Positions 27,034 through 35,087 are shown, numbered from the stretch's first letter. The stretch is DNA of 64,000 nt from Candidatus Staskawiczbacteria bacterium RIFOXYB1_FULL_38_37 (GCA_001822075.1 MHPK01000003.1:9437-73436), one strand, 5' to 3'. Notes: a model not told the origin generated them from the sequence alone. Made by a program: numbers and translations.

Positions 27034-27669
27034 ATGATTTATCCGAATTTTAGTGAAGAAAAAAAGTTGTGGAAAAAGGGATATAAGTTGGTTGCAGGAT
27101 TAGATGAAGCCGGCAGAGGCCCTTTGGCTGGGCCAGTTGTGGCTGCGGCCGTAATTTTTAATTTTAAATTTCCAAATAAATTTTTAATTAAACAATTTCC
27201 AATGATAAAAGATTCCAAAAAAATGACAGTTAAACAACGGGAAGCTACGTATGAATTTTTGACTAATCACCCGGATATAAAGTGGGGAGTGGGCATAGTT
27301 TCAGAAAAAGTTATAGATAAAATAAATATTTTAGAAGCCACAAAACTGGCAATGAAAAAAGCAGTCGGTGGGGTGTCGGACACCCCACCGGACTTTTTGC
27401 TTTTAGACGGGAATTTTAAATTAGAGAATATTAATTTGCCGCAAAAAAGCATTATAAAAGGGGATTCAAAAGTTTTTTCAATTTCTGCCGCTTCCATTAT
27501 AGCAAAGGTGACGCGGGACAGAATAATGCAGAAATACCATAAAAAATATCCTGAATATAATTTTTTAAAACATAAGGGATATGGCACAAAAGCTCATTTT
27601 GCCAGCTTGCAAAAATTCGGGCCGTGTAAAATACACAGAAAAAGTTTTTACCCCGTTAAATTTTGTTGA
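27034..27669 (+). CDS. rnhB: ribonuclease HII
   Basis: GLDEAGRGPLAGPVV and LLLDGN motifs. Confidence 0.9.
   Translation: MIYPNFSEEKKLWKKGYKLVAGLDEAGRGPLAGPVVAAAVIFNFKFPNKFLIKQFPMIKDSKKMTVKQREATYEFLTNHPDIKWGVGIVSEKVIDKINILEATKLAMKKAVGGVSDTPPDFLLLDGNFKLENINLPQKSIIKGDSKVFSISAASIIAKVTRDRIMQKYHKKYPEYNFLKHKGYGTKAHFASLQKFGPCKIHRKSFYPVKFC
27366..27391. repeat. 26-nt GC-rich palindrome CGGTGGGGTGTCGGACACCCCACCGG, in frame in rnhB
   Basis: 12-bp arms; codon-checked translation GGVSDTPP; identical copy at 33897-33922. Confidence 0.9.
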
Positions 27670-27752
27670 GTTATCCACAGGCGCAAAAAATTGACAGGTT
27701 GTTTTGATAATCTAAAAGATATAAAATAAAGAAATATAATCAAAAATAAAAT

Positions 27753-28160
27753 ATGGATAAAAAAATATTGCTTTCAACGGTTCCCATAATTATAGCCTTA
27801 ATAGCGGGCGGAGTAATTGGAATGTATTTTCAGTTTCAGAAAGATTCTTTTGAAATTGACAAAGGCAAAAAAATGGCGGCTGTTTTAAATTCTTTGTCTT
27901 CAAGGGCAGTTCCGTCTGTTGTGGCTTTTGGCAGTGTTTCAAAAATAGACGGCAGAAGCATTACCTTAACCTATGGCGGAGAAAACATAACAATAAATAT
28001 TTCAGATGACGTTAAAATATATTCTTCTTCCGGAAACGAGCAGGCTATTGCGCCGTTTGAAATAATTAAAGTTGGAGATAATTTAAGCATTAACATAAAA
28101 GTTATTCCCGAAGGCCAATTGCAAGGCCAGTCTATTATTATACTAAGCGTTGCAAATTAA
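27753..28160 (+). CDS. small membrane-anchored protein (paralog A)
   Basis: N-terminal TM helix; shares AFGSVSKIDGRSITLTYGGE...I.I..D..IY core with 28184..28633. Confidence 0.6.
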   Translation: MDKKILLSTVPIIIALIAGGVIGMYFQFQKDSFEIDKGKKMAAVLNSLSSRAVPSVVAFGSVSKIDGRSITLTYGGENITINISDDVKIYSSSGNEQAIAPFEIIKVGDNLSINIKVIPEGQLQGQSIIILSVAN

Positions 28161-28183
28161 AATTAAAATCAAAAATTAATATT

Positions 28184-28633
28184 ATGAGCAGAACAATAGC
28201 AATTACTTTAATAGCAATAACAATTTTAATTTCTTTGGCTTTGGGCACGGGCATTGGAATTTTTTACCAAATGCAAAAAACCGCCCCGCAATTGGTTGTA
28301 GCTGAAAAGAACGCTGTAGCCGTAAAGGGTTTAAGCTCGGCCTTGGTTCTTTCAGCTGTGGCCTATGGCCAGGTTTCAGCTATTGACGGAAGAAAGATTA
28401 CTTTGACCTATAAAGGCGAAACTATGCAGATAGAAATTGCCAAAGATGCTTTGATTTATTACTTGCCAACTACCGGCGGGAGCCTCAAATTGACCGAAGC
28501 TAATGTTCAAAAAGCAAAAATTAGCGATATCAAAAAAGGAGACTTGTTAAACATTACAATAACAGTTTCTTCAGACGGGGTTTTGACAGGGAACAATGTC
28601 AGCATTGTAAGCTCTGCCGCAGAAATTAAATAA
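28184..28633 (+). CDS. small membrane-anchored protein (paralog B)
   Basis: N-terminal TM helix; AYGQVSAIDGRKITLTYKGE core shared with 27753..28160. Confidence 0.6.
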   Translation: MSRTIAITLIAITILISLALGTGIGIFYQMQKTAPQLVVAEKNAVAVKGLSSALVLSAVAYGQVSAIDGRKITLTYKGETMQIEIAKDALIYYLPTTGGSLKLTEANVQKAKISDIKKGDLLNITITVSSDGVLTGNNVSIVSSAAEIK

Positions 28634-28659
28634 TTTTTAAACTTTTAAAGTCATCACCT

Positions 28660-31600
28660 ATGAAAAAAAACTCATTGGTAATAATTATAGGTATACTATT
28701 TTTTTTGGCAGCCGCAGGAATAGGAGTTTTTTATTACACACATAATAATTTTGCAAAAGCTGCTATGCTCGGCGAACAATGTGGTAAGGGACTAGGAGCC
28801 GTAGAAAATTGTAGCACTTTGCCTCCGCCGGAAAATGTTTGCGCGCCAGGTTATACTTTAGTATATTATGGTTGCTCGAACAATGAAATATGCGATCCAT
28901 CTGGTTACAATTGTACGTGTTCGTCTAGGTGTGACCAAACACCACCATGTTCTTTTCTTGGATGTATGACGAGTTGGGCAAATTCAATAACGCTTTGCGA
29001 TACCTATTGTCTTGAAGGTGACTGTTGCTGGAGAGCAACTCCGGAAAGTCCGTGGGATTGTAGTACAGAAGTTTTTAATGATACTTCTAAGGTTAAAATG
29101 TGTGTGGATACCACTCCCGTAGAATGTGCAACTGATGATGATTGTCCAGCCGACGAGCAGACATGTGTTAATAATGACGTACAGACAACTACATATAGTT
29201 GTATTTTTAATGTTTGCCAACCCAATACAACTACAACAGATTGCCTTGAAGATGTTTGGTATGATAACTATCCATGCAGTTGTGAAGATTCTGTGTGTAA
29301 GATTTATCAAACAGGGCGAGATAGAGGTTGTCGTGTAATTGCAAGCGGGGGATCGTTTGCTGAATGTTTTGACGATCCTTTGGAGCAGTGGATCCATACA
29401 TGTAATGCCCCATATTCAACTGCTGATTATTGTAAGGACAACAGCGTCTATTATGATGTGGTGTCTGAAGTTTGCCCGCCCTTAAGGACAGACACGTCTT
29501 GTTATGTGCAAACCAATGACCACAAAAAACAAACCTGTGGCGCTTGTAGCCCAACAGGCAACAAAAGATGCGGGTCATTTACACCCCCTATTTGTGATGA
29601 CCCAATACTCCAACAGCAATGTATGGCTTTTCCCAATGGTCCGTTGTGCGACACTTGCGCGACCCCGTCTTCTGGCATACAAGGAGAATATATTTGTACA
29701 ATATGTTCCGGCGGCGATTGCGTGCCTGGACCGACTCAATGGAAAAACGAATTAAGCTGTGGCACTCCGAGCGATGTTGAATTTACATGGTGCGCAAAGT
29801 CACAGCCGGCAGCTCCTGGTATTAAATGCACCCTTACAGCAAGTTATTCTGCTCAATGCGTTGAAGAACCTAATCCTATTTGCCAGGCGCCGACAATAGA
29901 TATTCAATGCAGCGGCGAATGCAATGATAACTCTGGCGCTCCAGGCGGTGATGGGGGTGGTGGGCTCGGCGGCGAAGATGGAGAAGATGGCGATGATGGC
30001 GGTGAAGGTTATTGGGGCGGACCGGATGAACCGGGCGGTCCAGGTGGCGATGGCGGTGCCGGCGGCGGTGGCGGAGGCGGTACAGGAGACCCTCCTGGTC
30101 CTGGTGGTGATGGCGGCGGTGGAGGCGACGGCGGAGGCGGCGGTCCAGGAAACCCTCCTGGTCCTGGTGGTGATGGTGGCAATGGCGGTCCTCCTGGGCC
30201 CGGTTTCCCTCCCGGAGATCCTGGCCCTCCAGGCCAACCAGGCCCTCCAGGCCCGATAATTCCTGTAGTTGATTACCATACTGAATGTTTTGGGGACAAA
30301 TGTTTATATATTCCAGGCATTGGTGTTAATGATTGCAATAAAAACGCTGATTGCCAAAATAGTTCGCATTATAAATGCAATACTCAAAAGCAGTGCGAGT
30401 TGAAGCCAGAGCCTGGCGTTAGCAACTGTACAACTAATGAAGACTGCGAAAATTATACCCATAATGACTGCAATGACCAAAATCAATGCGAAGTTGCGCC
30501 TGGCATAGGCAGGGACCGCTGTTTTGTTGATGCTAATTGCTTGAATACACAATATAATGCATGCACCATATTTGGAACCTGCATGCCAGTGTATAGGCCG
30601 GGAATTGGCGATTGCGCTTCAGCATCAGAATGTCTTATTGGAGTAGACATCCACACAGACTGCAGTACAGAAAAACAGTGCGTTGTTCTTGATGGCCCCG
30701 GAGATATTGTGTGCCAAGACAATGCATTTTGCCAAAATAATTTTATTGTTCATAACGAATGCATTGATGGTCAATGCGTGGTTGTAGACGGCCCGGGCAT
30801 AGATTTGTGCCAACAGCCGTGTGATTGCAATCCTCTTATTGATAGCCATACAACATGCACAGTGCAAAAATTTTGCCAGTCAGTGCCCGGCCCGGGGTTT
30901 AACATTTGCCCCGACTCTTCGTGGTGCCGCGCCAACACCCACAATATATGCAGCGGGGTTGATGGAAATACTTGCACGGTTGTGCCAGGGGCTGGTTCAG
31001 ACGCATGTTATGGCGACACCCCCGATGATTTCTGTATAGATGACATGGATAACCAGCGCGCTGTATGCACAATAGATGACAGATGCGAGTATTCATACGA
31101 GTCAGGAGGAATTAATGAGTGTCTGACTCCAAATGGATTATATTCTCAAAATTGCGCAGACAATTATCATAATGAATGCCTCGGAGAAACCTGCGTGCCT
31201 ATAAAAAATTCAGTTCCTGGTGTTGACGAGCAAAATGAATGTCTTGATGATGCATTTTGTATAAGCCAAGACAATCCTCCTGAAGCTAGCCAGCTGCAAA
31301 TTTTACAATACGATTACTGTATAGGTGTGCCCGGAGCAAGAATGCTTTCATTTGCTTGGCAATATAAAGACAATGATGTACCTCTTGAGCCCGAAACATA
31401 TTTTGTACTTGAAATAGATACTAATAGCGGATTTGATTCTTCTGATAAAGTTACGTATTTGCAAAACGTAAATGGATTGTTGTCAGGGTCAATAAATCAG
31501 GCGCAAATTTATATGGTGTCTCCCGGGGGTTCAGTGAAGGGAGATTATATTTATTACGGAGTTAATTATTATTGGAGGGTAATGGTTTTCAATGCAAAGG

Positions 31601-32031
31601 GAAACTCTGACTGGACCTATTACGACGGTTCTGTCGGGACTATAATTCAAAACGATGCGCAAACTTTTGTATATAACGGGCATTCTGCCCCATGGCCAGC
31701 TTATACAATTGACCTTGACCCTGCCACAGGCGAGGCCACATTTGCAGACAATAATTCAAAGTGCTACGACGGCGCAAATCCTCTTGGTTATTTTTGCAGA
31801 GAAAACAAAGGCGGCTATAGCTGGTGGTATGGCGATCCAAATCTTCCGCCTGCTTCAGCTGACGATACAGATTATTTAGGCACATCTCATACTTATACAT
31901 CGGGAACATACCAAACATGGCTTCGGGTTTGCGACCCAGATGGCATGTGCTGTTCAGTGTCAAAGGATGTAATACTAAGAGAGCCTGGAACTTCTAACTT
32001 GCCAGACTGGAAGGAAATTTCTCCATTTTAA
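28660..32031 (+). CDS. giant Cys-rich surface/secreted protein with G/P/D low-complexity linker, about ten 4-Cys modules and a PKD-like C-terminus
   Basis: N-terminal anchor IIIGILFFLAAAGIGVFYY; Cys-rich N-domain; GGDGGG/PPGPGG linker; repeated H..C...C..PG.G...C....C units; C-terminal SHTYTSGTYQTWLRVCDPDG (PKD-type). Confidence 0.8.
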   Translation: MKKNSLVIIIGILFFLAAAGIGVFYYTHNNFAKAAMLGEQCGKGLGAVENCSTLPPPENVCAPGYTLVYYGCSNNEICDPSGYNCTCSSRCDQTPPCSFLGCMTSWANSITLCDTYCLEGDCCWRATPESPWDCSTEVFNDTSKVKMCVDTTPVECATDDDCPADEQTCVNNDVQTTTYSCIFNVCQPNTTTTDCLEDVWYDNYPCSCEDSVCKIYQTGRDRGCRVIASGGSFAECFDDPLEQWIHTCNAPYSTADYCKDNSVYYDVVSEVCPPLRTDTSCYVQTNDHKKQTCGACSPTGNKRCGSFTPPICDDPILQQQCMAFPNGPLCDTCATPSSGIQGEYICTICSGGDCVPGPTQWKNELSCGTPSDVEFTWCAKSQPAAPGIKCTLTASYSAQCVEEPNPICQAPTIDIQCSGECNDNSGAPGGDGGGGLGGEDGEDGDDGGEGYWGGPDEPGGPGGDGGAGGGGGGGTGDPPGPGGDGGGGGDGGGGGPGNPPGPGGDGGNGGPPGPGFPPGDPGPPGQPGPPGPIIPVVDYHTECFGDKCLYIPGIGVNDCNKNADCQNSSHYKCNTQKQCELKPEPGVSNCTTNEDCENYTHNDCNDQNQCEVAPGIGRDRCFVDANCLNTQYNACTIFGTCMPVYRPGIGDCASASECLIGVDIHTDCSTEKQCVVLDGPGDIVCQDNAFCQNNFIVHNECIDGQCVVVDGPGIDLCQQPCDCNPLIDSHTTCTVQKFCQSVPGPGFNICPDSSWCRANTHNICSGVDGNTCTVVPGAGSDACYGDTPDDFCIDDMDNQRAVCTIDDRCEYSYESGGINECLTPNGLYSQNCADNYHNECLGETCVPIKNSVPGVDEQNECLDDAFCISQDNPPEASQLQILQYDYCIGVPGARMLSFAWQYKDNDVPLEPETYFVLEIDTNSGFDSSDKVTYLQNVNGLLSGSINQAQIYMVSPGGSVKGDYIYYGVNYYWRVMVFNAKGNSDWTYYDGSVGTIIQNDAQTFVYNGHSAPWPAYTIDLDPATGEATFADNNSKCYDGANPLGYFCRENKGGYSWWYGDPNLPPASADDTDYLGTSHTYTSGTYQTWLRVCDPDGMCCSVSKDVILREPGTSNLPDWKEISPF
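29935..30255 (+). repeat. GC-rich Gly/Pro/Asp low-complexity coding repeat
   Basis: Includes a 60-nt period: CCCTCCTGGTCCTGGTGGTGATGG occurs near 30089 and 30151. Confidence 0.8.
30271..31272 (+). repeat. about ten tandem ~31-33-aa four-cysteine modules (coding)
   Basis: e.g. HTECFGDKCLYIPGIGVNDCNKNADCQN / HYKCNTQKQCELKPEPGVSNCTTNEDCEN / HNDCNDQNQCEVAPGIGRDRCFVDANCLN. Confidence 0.75.
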
Positions 32032-32046
32032 GAAATTGTAAAAATA

Positions 32047-32078
32047 ACGCCCCAGACAACGTCTGGGGCGTTTGCTAT
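32047..32078 (+). terminator. intrinsic terminator
   Basis: ACGCCCCAGAC-AAC-GTCTGGGGCGT followed by TTGCTATT. Confidence 0.75.
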
Positions 32079-32106
32079 TGCAAAAAAAGATATTTTTTGT
32101 TATACT
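32078..32106 (+). promoter_or_regulatory. sigma70-type promoter (TTGCAA-17-TATACT)
   Basis: TTGCAA 32078-32083; TATACT 32101-32106; 8 nt before the rpmF ATG. Confidence 0.5.
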
Positions 32107-32114
32107 ATATTTAT

Positions 32115-32402
32115 ATGGCAGTTCCAAGACACAGTCACACAAGGTCAAAAGTGGGCAAGACCCGCATGCATAAACACATAAAACGTGTGCTTTTAAATGT
32201 TTGTCCAAAATGCAAAAAACCTATTTTATCTCACACAGTTTGCAAAAATTGCGGATATTACAAGGGCGCCCAGATAATTGATGTTTTGTCAGACCTTACA
32301 AAAAAAGAAAAAAAGATAAAAGAAAAAGAATTTAAGCAGGCAGAACAGGAAGCCAGCCAGGATAGGCCATTGACAATGGAAGAATTATCAAAAAAATCTT
32401 AA
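32115..32402 (+). CDS. rpmF: ribosomal protein L32 with C-terminal extension
   Basis: MAVPRHSHTRSKVGKTRMH..., zinc ribbon CPKC...CKNCGYYKG; ATG 32115 is aa 7 of the track ORF. Confidence 0.9.
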   Translation: MAVPRHSHTRSKVGKTRMHKHIKRVLLNVCPKCKKPILSHTVCKNCGYYKGAQIIDVLSDLTKKEKKIKEKEFKQAEQEASQDRPLTMEELSKKS

Positions 32403-32419
32403 TTAGAATAATTTAGTTT

Positions 32420-32845
32420 ATGGCAAGCCGGCACCTATCACGTTCAATCGTAATGCAGTCTTTATATGAATGGGATTTTTATGGTAAACAGCATGATTTA
32501 AAGAAAATTGCTGAAAGAAATATCAAAGATTTTGGACCCGGCTTGGAAGATGTAAGCTTTATTTTTGAGCTTGTTGAAGGTGTGAAAGAGCACATGGTTT
32601 CCATTGATAAAATAATTGAAAAAGCAGCTCCCGAGTGGCCGATTGCCCAAATACCAATTGTTGACAGAAATGTTTTAAGAATAGGCCTGTGCGAGCTTTT
32701 ATACGCAGACAAAGAAGAGGTTCCGCCAAAAGTTGCAATAAATGAGGCAATTGAGCTTGCTAAAACATTTTCTGGCCAAACCTCTGGAAAATTTGTTAAC
32801 GGAGTTTTGGGAACAGTATATAAACAACTAAGCGAAGAAAAATAA
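32420..32845 (+). CDS. nusB: transcription antitermination factor NusB
   Basis: [14 protein letters not shown] start and NusB-length helical protein; context before rnc. Confidence 0.85.
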   Translation: MASRHLSRSIVMQSLYEWDFYGKQHDLKKIAERNIKDFGPGLEDVSFIFELVEGVKEHMVSIDKIIEKAAPEWPIAQIPIVDRNVLRIGLCELLYADKEEVPPKVAINEAIELAKTFSGQTSGKFVNGVLGTVYKQLSEEK

Positions 32846-33538
32846 ATGAAGGAGTTTGAAAAACTTGAAAAAAAATTAGGATTGGATTTTAAAAATAAAA
32901 AGCTTTTAATGCAGGCATTTGTCCACAGGTCTTATCTTAACGAAAATCCAAGTTTTGAGTTAGAGCACAATGAAAGGCTGGAATTTTTGGGAGACGCCGT
33001 AATGGAGCTTATTGTAACAGAAAACCTTTATAAAAAGCATCCAGAAAAAGCAGAAGGGGAGCTGACCAATTGGCGGGCAGCTTTAGTTAATGCAAAAATG
33101 CTGACTTCTGTGGCAGAAGGGCTGGGTTTTAATGATTTTCTTTTGTTATCAAGAGGAGAAACCAAAGAAACAGGCAAAGCAAGAGCATATATTTTAGCCA
33201 ATACTTTTGAGGCCTTGGTGGGAGCTCTATATCTTGATTCAGGATATGATATTACAGCAAAATTTCTTAAAAAATATTTACTTGTGAATTTGGCAGAAAT
33301 TATAAAAACCGGCTCTTATAAAGATTCAAAATCGCATTTTCAGGAGTTGGCGCAGGAAAAAGCGGGTATTACACCTTCATATAAAGTTGCAAAAGAGTCG
33401 GGTCCCGACCACGAGAAAAAATTTATAGTAGGAATTTTTCTGCAAGACGAAATGGTGGCTGAAGGAGAGGGCTCTTCAAAGCAGGAGGCAGAAGAAGCAG
33501 CGGCAACAGAGGCGTTAAAAGTAAAAAAGTGGAAATAA
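32846..33538 (+). CDS. rnc: ribonuclease III
   Basis: Signature NERLEFLGDAV; C-terminal dsRBD. Confidence 0.95.
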   Translation: MKEFEKLEKKLGLDFKNKKLLMQAFVHRSYLNENPSFELEHNERLEFLGDAVMELIVTENLYKKHPEKAEGELTNWRAALVNAKMLTSVAEGLGFNDFLLLSRGETKETGKARAYILANTFEALVGALYLDSGYDITAKFLKKYLLVNLAEIIKTGSYKDSKSHFQELAQEKAGITPSYKVAKESGPDHEKKFIVGIFLQDEMVAEGEGSSKQEAEEAAATEALKVKKWK

Positions 33539-33549
33539 AATAAAATAAA

Positions 33550-34095
33550 ATGCTTACAATAAGATTAACAAGAAAAGGTAAAAAAAATCAGCCGTTTTTC
33601 AGGGTGGTTTTAATAGACAAAAGGAGGTCTGCCAAAGGCGGAAGGGCTGTTGAGGCGCTTGGAAATGTTGACCCTCTTACAAAAAGAAAAAATTTAAAAA
33701 AAGACAGAATTTTATACTGGATTTCAAAGGGAGCGCAAACTTCAGACACAGTGCATAATTTGTTGATTTCTGAAAAAATTATAGAAGGCAAGAAAATTCA
33801 TGTTTCAAAATTAAGCAAGAAGAAACAGGCAGACCTGGCTGCGCAGGCAGGTCTGGCTGCGCAGGCAGGAATAGCCAAAGAAAAATCCGCAAAAAGCGGT
33901 GGGGTGTCGGACACCCCACCGGCTAAAGAGTCAAAAACAGCAGAAGCAAAAGCCCTAGAAACCGGAGCTCCGGTTGAAATACTGCCAGCCCCAGTTGAAC
34001 CAGCCGCGGCTGAAACTCCAGCAGAACCCGAAAAACCGGCAGAACCCGCCTCCGCTGAAAGCTCCGGCGAGGCAAAGCAGCCCCCAACAGCATAA
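33550..34095 (+). CDS. rpsP: ribosomal protein S16 with ~100-aa repeat-built C-terminal extension
   Basis: MLTIRLTRKGKKNQPFFRVV start; Ala/Glu/Pro-rich tail. Confidence 0.9.
   Translation: MLTIRLTRKGKKNQPFFRVVLIDKRRSAKGGRAVEALGNVDPLTKRKNLKKDRILYWISKGAQTSDTVHNLLISEKIIEGKKIHVSKLSKKKQADLAAQAGLAAQAGIAKEKSAKSGGVSDTPPAKESKTAEAKALETGAPVEILPAPVEPAAAETPAEPEKPAEPASAESSGEAKQPPTA
33827..33871 (+). repeat. 18-nt direct repeat x2.5 (CAGGCAGRYCTGGCTGCG) in the rpsP tail
   Basis: Codon-checked: encodes QADLAAQAGLAAQAG; CAGACCTG and CAGGTCTG are reverse complements. Confidence 0.85.
33897..33922. repeat. second copy of the 26-nt palindrome, in frame in rpsP
   Basis: Identical to 27366-27391; translates GGVSDTPP. 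Confidence 0.9.
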
Positions 34096-34120
34096 GAGAA
34101 TAAGCTAAAACAGCTAAAAT

Positions 34121-34141
34121 TCTCCTTTAAGGAGAGTTTTT
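34121..34141 (+). terminator. short hairpin plus T-run after rpsP
   Basis: TCTCC-TTTAA-GGAGA followed by GTTTTT. Confidence 0.5.
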
Positions 34142-34170
34142 AGTTTAGTGTCTAAAAAGGGCGCAGACAC

Positions 34171-34199
34171 TTGACAAGGTGTCTTAAATATGCTATTAT
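34171..34199 (+). promoter_or_regulatory. sigma70-type promoter (TTGACA-17-TATTAT)
   Basis: TTGACA 34171-34176; TATTAT 34194-34199; -35 embedded in GTGTCT/AGACAC/GTGTCT alternative hairpins. Confidence 0.55.
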
Positions 34200-34205
34200 T
34201 AAAAT

Positions 34206-34362
34206 ATAGGGTGAAATAAGGCTTTTGGGAGATTTCTCTTTCATAATCGGTTTAGCAGCTCCGGCTTCTGAATGCGAGAATGAGGTTCAATAAAAAGTTC
34301 AATAACTTTTTAAGAGAACAAAGAGAAATCCCCCAAGCGCCTTGAAATTTTTTCCTTTTTTT
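34206..34362 (+). ncRNA. candidate ~155-nt structured RNA, unassigned
   Basis: Long closing helix GGCTTTTGGGAGATTTCTCTTT (34220-34241) / AAAGAGAAATCCCCCAAGCGCC (34320-34341); internal AAAAAGTT-CAAT-AACTTTTT hairpin; T-runs after the helix. Confidence 0.35.
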
Positions 34363-34406
34363 CAAATCATTAGTTCAATACAGGAAACAACAGAACATCA
34401 GATTCA

Positions 34407-34461
34407 CCCAGTTAAATAATCCTGCTTCGGCAGGATTAGCGCGGAGCGCTATTTAACCGGG
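34407..34461 (+). ncRNA. candidate compact three-way-junction RNA motif
   Basis: Outer stem CCCAGTTAAATA/TATTTAACCGGG (11 of 12 pairs) enclosing ATCCTGC-TTCG-GCAGGAT and AGCGC-GGA-GCGCT. Confidence 0.35.
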
Positions 34462-34540
34462 GTAAATTCTTGATTTTCCAGAAGTTATAATTTTTCTGTC
34501 CTGAGTTTATCAAAGGGTTTAGTGGTTTGAAAAAAGGGAA

Positions 34541-34568
34541 TTGACAAGTTTTTATAAGAGAGTATAAT
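34541..34568 (+). promoter_or_regulatory. sigma70-type promoter (TTGACA-16-TATAAT) for the KH gene
   Basis: TTGACA 34541-34546; TATAAT 34563-34568. Confidence 0.55.
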
Positions 34569-34645
34569 ATAAATATATCGCTACGCTAATTGCGATTATA
34601 ACCTAAAGGTCGTAAAGAATAATGAATAAATGAACACAAGAAATT

Positions 34646-34960
34646 ATGGCAAAAGAAAATGATAAAGAATTTCTTGAGTACATTGTCAAAGAGTTAGTTG
34701 ACCACCCAAAAGACGTCAAAGTTGACAGAAAAGTTGACGAAATGGGAGTATTGCTTTCTTTGAAAGTAAACCCAGAAGATATGGGTCAAATCATTGGAAG
34801 AGAAGGCTCAACTGCCAAGGCAATCAGGAACTTAGTCCGAATTGTCGGATTAAAGAACCACGCCAGAGTGAACCTCAAAATTGAGGAACCAGAAGGCGGA
34901 CGTGCTCCAAGGCCTGAAAGAAAAGAAGTTTCTTCAGACATAGATAACATTTCTCTGTAA
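34646..34960 (+). CDS. KH-domain RNA-binding protein (YlqC/UPF0109-like)
   Basis: GQIIGREGSTAKAIRNLV (GxxG KH motif); position between rpsP and trmD. Confidence 0.85.
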   Translation: MAKENDKEFLEYIVKELVDHPKDVKVDRKVDEMGVLLSLKVNPEDMGQIIGREGSTAKAIRNLVRIVGLKNHARVNLKIEEPEGGRAPRPERKEVSSDIDNISL

Positions 34961-34978
34961 TTTACAGAAAAACAAAAA

Positions 34979-35008
34979 AGCGTTATTATAAATCAACGCT
35001 TTTTGTTT
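34979..35008 (+). terminator. intrinsic terminator
   Basis: AGCGTT ... AACGCT followed by TTTTTG. Confidence 0.6.
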
Positions 35009-35013
35009 TCTGG

Positions 35014-35087
35014 CATAACACATAACATAGAACACATAACAAAAAACTCCGTCGTTTTGTTCCATGTTTTATGTTCCATGTTCCATG
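35014..35087 (+). repeat. heptad-repeat element copy A (CATAACA-type arm, spacer, ATGTTCC-type arm)
   Basis: CATAACACATAACATAGAACACATAACA ... TTTTGTTCCATGTTTTATGTTCCATGTTCCATG; its last ATG is the trmD start. Confidence 0.85.

Noticed and set aside
30180-30255. Collagen triple-helix domain in the giant protein
   Set aside because: Gly-X-Y periodicity holds for only about five triplets (GDPGPPGQPGPPGP). The rest is irregular GGDGGG/PPGPGG low complexity.
29800-30279. Long ORFs on the minus strand (29800..30279) and in an alternative plus frame (29924..30259) across the Gly/Pro/Asp repeat
   Set aside because: They lie entirely inside the GC-rich low-complexity part of the 1123-aa gene, where stop codons are rare in all frames. 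They have no start context and their composition is low-complexity.
34206-34362. Assigning the rpsP-KH spacer RNA to SRP RNA, 6S RNA or RNase P RNA
   Set aside because: I could not find the SRP domain IV motifs, the RNase P GAGGAAAGUCC box or a 6S-type central bubble. It is left unassigned.
35014-35087. Heptad-repeat arms folding into a long perfect hairpin
   Set aside because: After the AACAAAA/TTTTGTT pairing the registers diverge (CATAACA against ATGTTCC units). Only short interrupted helices are possible.
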